A stretch of DNA of 64,000 bases from an uncultured Lachnospiraceae bacterium (GTDB taxonomy: Bacteria; Bacillota; Clostridia; Christensenellales; UBA1242), in NCBI GenBank assembly GCA_964368425.1, contig CAYJAP010000001.1, forward strand, positions 15,522 to 79,521, in the 5' to 3' direction. How positions within the stretch are numbered: the stretch's first letter is position 1; each line of letters begins with the position of its first letter. Positions 57,578 to 64,000 of the stretch are shown here, in pieces. Below the pieces are notes generated by a model. That model did not search any database. It saw only the letters and a program-made list of their open reading frames with translations, and was not told where the DNA came from. The position numbers were made by a program, and so were the translations under genes.

Positions 57578-58792
57578 ATGCGTTTATTGAAAAAAATAAA
57601 TTATCCCGTGATGCTTTTTTGTATGATTTTTTTTGTGCTTATATGTGTATGTGTTCCATATAATTTTATAACACACATTTTTACTTCCTCTGTTATATCT
57701 CAAGATGAAATGTTTTCCTTATACAATAGAAACAATATTTTTTTCAGTACGGAATTTAGTAAAGTTTCAGCTGAAGATAATAACAAAGATATCGATGAAT
57801 ATGTGGCAAAATTCAAACTTTTTGACATGTTCACAATAAAATCTCTCAAAATTAAGGTGCTAACAGAAGAAGTTATGCCGGGTGGTAATTGTATCGGCAT
57901 CTCTCTGAATAGCAAGGGTATTGTGTTGATTGGTAGTAACTTTGTTATAACCAAAAATGGGACAGCAAATCCGTTATCTACGTCTGAGCTAAGTATCGGT
58001 GACATTATTGTAGAAATCAATAATGTGCAGGTAAATAATGTGCAGGACATAACGTCTGCCTTGGCGGAGAACAAAGGGGAGGAGGTAAAAGTTAAATACA
58101 AACGATCGGGCAAAGAGTGTTACACAACTATTACTCCAGCTTTAGATTTTCAAACCAATACATACAAACTAGGATTGTGGGTGAGAGATAACGCTCTAGG
58201 GATAGGCACGTTGACATTCGTTAAGAGTGATTTACGGTTTGGTTCCTTAGGACATCCAATAAATGACGCTGATACAAAAGAGTGTTTTGATGTTATCGAT
58301 GGTGAAGTTTATAACAGTAGTGTAGTGGGCATCAAGAAAGGAATGAAGGGTGTTCCGGGAGAGCTGGTGGGACTATTCATGCTTGGCAATAGTATTCAGG
58401 GTAGCATCGATAAAAACTCTGAGAACGGGGTATTTGGATATATTAATAAGAGTAGCTCGCTGCTCGAAGATAAAAAATATTTATCGGTGGGCGGTAGGAT
58501 GACAGCTAAGCCGGGTAAAGCTCAAATTTTGAGTTGTATTGACGGAGAGAATATTGATGTGTATGATATCGAAATTATGAAAACTTATAACCAAAAAGCT
58601 AATACAGAAAAAAATATGGTGATAAAGATAACAGACAAGCGGTTGCTAGAAAAAACGGGAGGAATAGTTCAGGGCATGAGCGGTAGTCCGATTATCCAGA
58701 ATGGGAAAATCATTGGTGCTGTTACACATGTATTCATCAATGATCCAACAAAAGGATTTGGTCTTTATTTAGACTGGATGTTGGCGGAATAA
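57578..58792 (+). CDS. spoIVB: SpoIVB peptidase (S55)
   Basis: N-terminal TM, PDZ (GDIIVEINNVQV), GIGTLTF...GHPI and catalytic GMSGSPI motifs. Confidence 0.93.
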   Translation: MRLLKKINYPVMLFCMIFFVLICVCVPYNFITHIFTSSVISQDEMFSLYNRNNIFFSTEFSKVSAEDNNKDIDEYVAKFKLFDMFTIKSLKIKVLTEEVMPGGNCIGISLNSKGIVLIGSNFVITKNGTANPLSTSELSIGDIIVEINNVQVNNVQDITSALAENKGEEVKVKYKRSGKECYTTITPALDFQTNTYKLGLWVRDNALGIGTLTFVKSDLRFGSLGHPINDADTKECFDVIDGEVYNSSVVGIKKGMKGVPGELVGLFMLGNSIQGSIDKNSENGVFGYINKSSSLLEDKKYLSVGGRMTAKPGKAQILSCIDGENIDVYDIEIMKTYNQKANTEKNMVIKITDKRLLEKTGGIVQGMSGSPIIQNGKIIGAVTHVFINDPTKGFGLYLDWMLAE

Positions 58793-58837
58793 ACCAAAAA
58801 ATACCATAAAATAATATCCTTTTATACAGGTAATTAA

Positions 58838-58866
58838 TTGCAAAAAATATGTATGTACGTTATAAT
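58838..58866 (+). promoter_or_regulatory. Sigma-A-type promoter for the M50 protease-scpA-scpB unit
   Basis: TTGCAA, 17 nt, TATAAT. Predicted +1 is ~58873. Confidence 0.6.
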
Positions 58867-58892
58867 AAAATATCACGTTTGAAGGATGTTTT

Positions 58893-59552
58893 ATGATTAG
58901 CATTTTACGGTCATTACAAGGTATAGATATATTAGCAGCAGGTATAGCTCTTATTGTTGTTTTGATTTTTTCATTCTCTCTACACGAGTTTGGACATGCT
59001 TTCATGGCGTACAAACAAGGAGATTATACTCCAAAAGCTATGGGTAGGTTAACCATCAATCCTTTGAAGCACATGGATCCTATCGGATTTTTAAGTGTCA
59101 TTTTGTTTGGGTTCGGTTGGGCAAAACCAGTAGAAGTGAATCCTCTACGTTTCAGAAAGTATAAAACGGGCACTGTACTGGTATCTCTAGCTGGGGTCAC
59201 GATTAACCTTATCTTGGCATTTATCGGATATGCTTTCTTCCTACTGTGTATTAAATATCTGGGGAACCAAGTCAATTTCTTTGTTACGTTGCTAGTATAC
59301 ACTACGTGGTTTATGTACTCCATAAACATTTCTTTGTTTGTGTTTAACTTGTTACCAATTTATCCATTGGACGGGTTTAGGATAGTAGAAGCATTGACTA
59401 AGTACGGGAATAAATTTGTTGAGTTTATGAGGAAGTATGGAACGTACGTGTTATTGGCTTTTGTGTTCATCGGCGGGTTCTTTTTCCAACATATTATAAG
59501 TTTTGTGGGAGCTCCGATACGACTGTTTTGGGGCTGGGTCATTGGGGTGTAG
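58893..59552 (+). CDS. Site-2 protease family (M50) membrane metalloprotease, short form
   Basis: HEFGHAF zinc motif and NLLPIYPLDG, 219 aa, polytopic. Confidence 0.88.
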   Translation: MISILRSLQGIDILAAGIALIVVLIFSFSLHEFGHAFMAYKQGDYTPKAMGRLTINPLKHMDPIGFLSVILFGFGWAKPVEVNPLRFRKYKTGTVLVSLAGVTINLILAFIGYAFFLLCIKYLGNQVNFFVTLLVYTTWFMYSINISLFVFNLLPIYPLDGFRIVEALTKYGNKFVEFMRKYGTYVLLAFVFIGGFFFQHIISFVGAPIRLFWGWVIGV

Positions 59553-59553
59553 T

Positions 59554-60282
59554 ATGGAAGAAGCATTAGAAGATAACAAATTTAATTTTAGATTAGAAAA
59601 TTTTGAAGGTCCATTGGACTATCTTTTGCACCTTATAAAGCAGAATAAGATGGAAATAGAAAATATACAATTGGCTTTAATTACTGAACAATATTTGGAG
59701 AGTATAGCAAATTTGCAAAAGTTGGACTTGGAAAAAGCTGGAGAATTTATCGAGGTTGCTGCGACATTAATTGAGATAAAAAGTAAAGCGTTGTTGCCTA
59801 AAATCGTGGCGTATATAGAGGAAGAGGACAGTGAAGCTCTACTACTGCAGCGTCTACAGGAATATAAATTACTGAAAGAAAGTAGCTTTAAACTAAAAGA
59901 GTTAGAGAATCTAGGAAGATACTATAAATCTCCAGATGATGCTGCAAATAAGTATAGAGTTGTAATAAAAGACATGAGTTTGGATTTGTTGCTAGATGCT
60001 TTTGCAAAGATTATGTACAGAGTAAATAAAGCACAGGAAGTAGTTCCGCCTAAGGAAATTGCTAAAGAAAAGTTTACTATTGTCGAGAAAATAGTGACGA
60101 TTAAACAAAATTTGTTAGTACATAAAAGAGTTATGTTTAGTAAATTATTCGAAGAAAGTACAACAAGAGATGAAGTCATCACGACATTTTTAGCGTTGTT
60201 AGAGCTATTGAAGTTACAAGAAATAAAAGTTTTTCAGGACACAACGTTTAACGATATTGAGATAGTGAAGGTGGTAAGTTAA
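59554..60282 (+). CDS. scpA: Segregation and condensation protein A
   Basis: FRLENFEGPLDYLLHLI N-terminus. ATG 59554 is used because the track start 59503 overlaps the upstream gene in another frame. Confidence 0.92.
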   Translation: MEEALEDNKFNFRLENFEGPLDYLLHLIKQNKMEIENIQLALITEQYLESIANLQKLDLEKAGEFIEVAATLIEIKSKALLPKIVAYIEEEDSEALLLQRLQEYKLLKESSFKLKELENLGRYYKSPDDAANKYRVVIKDMSLDLLLDAFAKIMYRVNKAQEVVPPKEIAKEKFTIVEKIVTIKQNLLVHKRVMFSKLFEESTTRDEVITTFLALLELLKLQEIKVFQDTTFNDIEIVKVVS

Positions 60283-61070
60283 TGGAAAATTTAGATAAAA
60301 TTATAGAATCAATTTTGTTTGTTGCGGGAGAAGGCGTGGAGATTGCTGATATAGCTGAAAAACTTCAGGTCGATTTGTCCGAGATAGAAAATGTTGTAGA
60401 AAAGATGAAAGTAGATAGAGTTAATTCCGGAATACAGCTAATACAATATAAAAATAAGATACAGTTATGCTCTAATCCAGAACTCGCTTCTTTTGTTGAA
60501 GAAGTATTAAACCCTATCAAAGAGAAGCAGCTAACAAGAGCTGTTCTTGAGGTAGCAGCTATTATCGCATACAAACAGCCAATTACGAGATTAGAGATTG
60601 AGAATGTGAGGGGAGTAAACAGCGATTATGCGGTTAACTGTCTAATAGATAACAATTTGATAGAGTCCGTTGGTCGAAAAGATGCTATAGGTAAGCCGTT
60701 GCTTTATGCAACTACTGAGAATTTCTTAAAGAAATTTGCGTTGGAAAGTATCGCTGAGTTGCCTGATTATGAAGATGTGTTATCTCGTATAGCTGTAATT
60801 GAGCAGCCAAAAAACAACAGTTTATTGAATTTTGAAGATTATTCTGAAAAAGATGAGTTGTTGGAAACAAAAGAAGAAGAGGTGGAAACAATACAAAAAG
60901 AGATTATTTCCGAAAGTAATGACGAGGTTGAATTCTCTCAGGATTACATTAAAAGTTTATTTAAAAAAGACAACAAATCTTCTTATGACCCAGATGATGC
61001 AGTCGATGTCTTAGGGAAGATACTGGGAAAGGTTAGTGACTGTGACGAAAATGAAGATGTAATATCTTAA
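60282..61070 (+). CDS. scpB: Segregation and condensation protein B with an acidic C-terminal extension
   Basis: IIESILFVAGEGV ... two winged-helix repeats (AYKQPITRLEIENVRGV), then a ~85-aa D/E-rich tail. Confidence 0.92.
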   Translation: MENLDKIIESILFVAGEGVEIADIAEKLQVDLSEIENVVEKMKVDRVNSGIQLIQYKNKIQLCSNPELASFVEEVLNPIKEKQLTRAVLEVAAIIAYKQPITRLEIENVRGVNSDYAVNCLIDNNLIESVGRKDAIGKPLLYATTENFLKKFALESIAELPDYEDVLSRIAVIEQPKNNSLLNFEDYSEKDELLETKEEEVETIQKEIISESNDEVEFSQDYIKSLFKKDNKSSYDPDDAVDVLGKILGKVSDCDENEDVIS

Positions 61071-61072
61071 AA

Positions 61073-61099
61073 AGACTGGAAACTTATCCAGTTTTTTTC
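61073..61099 (+). terminator. Intrinsic terminator after scpB
   Basis: ACTGGA-aactta-TCCAGT hairpin followed by T7. Confidence 0.85.
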
Positions 61100-61124
61100 T
61101 GTTCATATACATGAAAAAATATCA

Positions 61125-61703
61125 ATGGCAGATACTATAACTATGGAAGCAAGTCTTTACATAACAGTTATAGTTATTTTATTATTTACCGCAAGTATAC
61201 AGATTAACATATATCTGGACTACGATATTTTCGAGAATTGTGGAAATATTTCACTAACAATTTTTCATATCATTCCTATCTTGCGCAGACAAATATCAAT
61301 ACAAAATGGATACATTTTATTGATCAGTAAAAAAAGAATACGAAAGGTTAAGTTGGATATAAATGATAAGAGCGTGCATTTGGTAAGGGAACTAAACAAC
61401 CACATGAAAAGTAAGATATATACCACTAAATTAGCGACTGACTTCTATATAGGTTGTCAGAATCCACAGATATGCTCGCTGATAGCAGGATATATAAATG
61501 TGATAGAAGGAATGCTTTTTGCAAAGATTAAAGCAAGAGAAGTAGACACCGACGTGTCGAAGAATATAAACATAAGTTATACCCAAGATAAGATTATGTT
61601 TCTGTTTGATTACAGATTTGTGGCTACGATATTTGACTATATATGGTCATTGTGGGTAGCTCTCTACAGAGTAAGAAGGAGGTTTAAACATGTCGAAAAA
61701 TAA
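61125..61703 (+). CDS. DUF2953/YtfI-like sporulation-associated membrane protein (tentative)
   Basis: 192 aa, N-terminal TM, immediately upstream of and overlapping gerW/ytfJ as ytfI does. No strong RBS, so the start is uncertain. Confidence 0.5.
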   Translation: MADTITMEASLYITVIVILLFTASIQINIYLDYDIFENCGNISLTIFHIIPILRRQISIQNGYILLISKKRIRKVKLDINDKSVHLVRELNNHMKSKIYTTKLATDFYIGCQNPQICSLIAGYINVIEGMLFAKIKAREVDTDVSKNINISYTQDKIMFLFDYRFVATIFDYIWSLWVALYRVRRRFKHVEK

Positions 61704-62094
61704 TAATCATGAAGAAAATATTGATGAAATAATAAATTCTGCAATGCAAAATTTAAAAGAGGTTGTTGATTCAAACACAATAATAGGTAAGCCTATCAAG
61801 GCATCTAGGGACGTGACTGTGCTGACGGTTACTAAAATTAATGTGGGGTTTGTTGCTGGGGGCGGACAGCTGAATAGTAAAATCAAAAGTCAAAAGCAAT
61901 TACCTTTTTCAGGAGGTAGTGGGGCAGGATTTAATGTCACTCCTGTGGGGCTAATTACTATCTCGCGTGGAGAGGTTAAGTTCGTTCCTATCGAACAGAT
62001 TAACGCAACAAGTGAATTAGTAACGTTAACAAATAAGATATTTAGTAAAGTTATGGATAGTTTCAAAGGTGGTAACGATGATGATGTTAACTAA
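61690..62094 (+). CDS. gerW: GerW/YtfJ-family sporulation protein
   Basis: IGKPIKASRDVTVLTVTKINVGFVAGGG ... GGSGAGFNVTPVGLI. AAGGAGG RBS. Confidence 0.88.
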   Translation: MSKNNNHEENIDEIINSAMQNLKEVVDSNTIIGKPIKASRDVTVLTVTKINVGFVAGGGQLNSKIKSQKQLPFSGGSGAGFNVTPVGLITISRGEVKFVPIEQINATSELVTLTNKIFSKVMDSFKGGNDDDVN

Positions 62095-63304
62095 GTATTT
62101 CAATTGGATATTATTATTTTTCATAATAATTCTGTTGGCGTTAATTCCTAACAACAATATTTTTATTCACGCAGAGGTTTTTCCTGATGAAAACAACCAA
62201 GATATATGGATTCCGTTCGGTGAGGAAGATTTTTTCGAGATCTATTCAAATTCGGTACAGTTATTAGCTCCAGCTAGAAGCATGGTCGCAATTTGTGGTG
62301 AAACTAACGATGTGTTATCAGGATACAACGAACACGAAAAATTAGCGATGGCATCAACAACTAAGATCATAACCGCAATTCTGGCAATAGAAAATACAGA
62401 TAATATCAACGAAATTGTTGCTGTAGATGATGCTTCAGTGGGCATAGAGGGGACAAGCATATATCTAAGAAAGGGTGAAAAGCTCCCGCTGATAGATTTG
62501 CTTTACGGCTTAATATTGGCATCGGGTAACGATTCTGCAGTTGCAATAGCGTGCCATATAGGAGGGACGGAAGAAAAGTTTGTGGATATGATGAACGAGT
62601 TTGTAGCACGTATAGGCGCTAAAAATACTCACTTAGTCAACTCTCATGGGTTGGATGCGCCTACTCATTATACTACCGCTTACGACCTCGCTGTCATAAC
62701 AAGCTATGCTCTAAAGAATGATATTTTTAAAGAAATAGCATCTACAAAGACTAAGACTATACAGGGTAACGAAGTTCAAGAAGCTCGTTATCTGAGAAAT
62801 AAAAATAAGCTGTTGTTTAGCCGTGATGACTGTATAGGTGTAAAGACCGGTTTCACGGATAATGCAGGGCGATGTCTAGTTAACGCGTGTGAAAGAGATG
62901 GTTTTACCGTTGTTAGTGTAGTGCTAAACTGCGGGCCTATGTTTGAGGAATGCGACAGGGTTACTAATTATGTTTATAACAATTACATGCTGAAAACCTT
63001 TGTTGCGCCTTATAATTATGTGGGTACTGTAGAAGTCGTAGGTGGAGAAAAAAGAAGTATCGATGTTATTTCTATAAAGAAGTATGAGATACCTGTTAAA
63101 AAGAGTGACCTAGAACATTACCGAGTAATTTATGATTTACCAAAACAAATCAACGCTCCCGTTGTGAACAACCAAGAAATCGGCAAGGTAGTTGTATCGT
63201 ACAAGGATGAAGCGATATACGAGCAGTCGTTGTTCAGTATACAGGATGTTAAGAATATAGACATGAAATATTACATCGATAATATCATCGAAAAATGGTT
63301 CTAG
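62078..63304 (+). CDS. dacB: D-alanyl-D-alanine carboxypeptidase (S11, DacB-like)
   Basis: SxxK ASTTKI, SxN SGND, KTG KTGFT, N-terminal signal/TM. First ATG at 62078, after an AAGGTGG RBS. Confidence 0.9.
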   Translation: MMMLTKYFNWILLFFIIILLALIPNNNIFIHAEVFPDENNQDIWIPFGEEDFFEIYSNSVQLLAPARSMVAICGETNDVLSGYNEHEKLAMASTTKIITAILAIENTDNINEIVAVDDASVGIEGTSIYLRKGEKLPLIDLLYGLILASGNDSAVAIACHIGGTEEKFVDMMNEFVARIGAKNTHLVNSHGLDAPTHYTTAYDLAVITSYALKNDIFKEIASTKTKTIQGNEVQEARYLRNKNKLLFSRDDCIGVKTGFTDNAGRCLVNACERDGFTVVSVVLNCGPMFEECDRVTNYVYNNYMLKTFVAPYNYVGTVEVVGGEKRSIDVISIKKYEIPVKKSDLEHYRVIYDLPKQINAPVVNNQEIGKVVVSYKDEAIYEQSLFSIQDVKNIDMKYYIDNIIEKWF

Positions 63305-63352
63305 ACAGCTAATTTATTTGCTAAAAATGTTTAATTATAATAAAATATAGTC

Positions 63353-64000
63353 ATGAGAATAAATAAGTTTTTAGCCAATTGTGGCATAGATAGTAGACGC
63401 AAGGTGGAGAAATTAATCCTAGATCGCTTAGTTTCTGTCAACGGAGAAGTCATATCTAACCTAGCCACTGAAGTTTCGGAAGAAGATATTGTACAGGTTG
63501 CTGGTAGGCAGGTTTATTACAATACCAAAAAAATATATATCATGTTAAACAAACCGAAAGGGTACGTGACAACTGTATCTGACCAGTTTAACCGTCCAAC
63601 TGTATTACATCTTGTGGATTCATTTAACACAAGGCTTTTTCCTGTGGGGCGTCTCGATTATGATAGTAGAGGATTATTGATATTAACAAATGACGGTGAT
63701 TTCGCTAATAAAATGATTCATCCTAGCAAAAAAGTTGCAAAAACATACGAGGTTATAACAAAGAAAGATATTTCTATCAGCAACATGAAAAAATTGCAGA
63801 GTGGGGTAGAGATAGACGGTAAAAAGACTGCTCCTTGTAAGTTGGTAAAACTAGGTGTGCTGGACAGATTTTTCTTGTTCAAGATAACAATCATCGAAGG
63901 GCGTAATAGACAGGTGCGAAAGATGTTTGAGAGTATAGAAAATGAGGTGCTGGAGTTAAAAAGAACCAAAATAGGTAAGTTAGAGTTAGGAAATCTGAAA
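63353..64000 (+). CDS. rluB: Pseudouridine synthase, RluB/RsuA family (3'-truncated by the window edge; not in the ORF track)
   Basis: Translation MRINKFLANCGIDSRRKVEKLI (S4 domain) ... FPVGRLDYDSRGLLILTNDGDF (catalytic Asp) ... EGRNRQVRKMFE. In frame through nt 64000. Confidence 0.88.
   Translation, partial: MRINKFLANCGIDSRRKVEKLILDRLVSVNGEVISNLATEVSEEDIVQVAGRQVYYNTKKIYIMLNKPKGYVTTVSDQFNRPTVLHLVDSFNTRLFPVGRLDYDSRGLLILTNDGDFANKMIHPSKKVAKTYEVITKKDISISNMKKLQSGVEIDGKKTAPCKLVKLGVLDRFFLFKITIIEGRNRQVRKMFESIENEVLELKRTKIGKLELGNLK

Noticed and set aside
1-64000. Looked for tRNA or rRNA genes, CRISPR repeats, IS or transposase and integrase genes, prophage or defence-island content, toxin-antitoxin pairs and riboswitches (T-box, SAM, etc.).
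   Set aside because: Nothing in the ORF set or intergenic regions supports any of these. All spacers longer than 150 nt were read and are accounted for by promoters, terminators or leaders.

Overview
AT-rich, gene-dense core chromosome of an endospore-forming Firmicute, Clostridia-like by gene content. I cannot name the organism from sequence alone. From nt 5342 to the window end every gene is on the + strand; only the first ~5 kb has mixed orientation.

Gene content is almost entirely housekeeping and sporulation:
- ylbJ / patatin-like / tmcAL, then pta-ackA, rpmF, plsX
- smc-ftsY-ylxM-ffh-rpsP-KH-rimM-trmD-rbgA-rnhB-yraN, then rplS
- comM-dprA-topA-trmFO-hslVU
- hisS-tcdA-like-trx-nifS-nifU, then ruvX and DUF1292
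- rpsB-tsf-frr-uppS-cdsA-rseP, then rimP-nusA-ylxR-infB-rbfA-nrnA-truB
- a complete spoIIIAA-AH operon
- asp23-nusB-xseAB-argR-recN-spoIVB
- an M50 protease, scpAB, ytfI-like/gerW, dacB, rluB (truncated at the window edge)

Order is largely colinear with well-known Bacillus/Clostridium blocks, but many genes that normally sit inside those blocks are cleanly missing. I saw no tRNA, rRNA, CRISPR array, transposase, integrase, phage or defence-island signature.

I do not see a convincing novel multi-gene system here. The best second-look items are:
1. A 512-aa PolC-derived N-terminal/OB/exonuclease protein in the polC slot, with no PHP or polymerase domains.
2. A consensus extended -10 promoter whose predicted +1 falls on the A of the ruvX ATG, suggesting a leaderless mRNA.
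3. Several compact regulatory architectures: an ARG-box-like array at argR, a promoter nested in a terminator at ftsY/ylxM, and a leader hairpin before rimP-nusA.
4. Empty slots for fab/acpP/rnc, pyrH, dxr, ispA-dxs and spo0A.

All functional calls come from reading the supplied translations (motifs, length, synteny). No database search was run.
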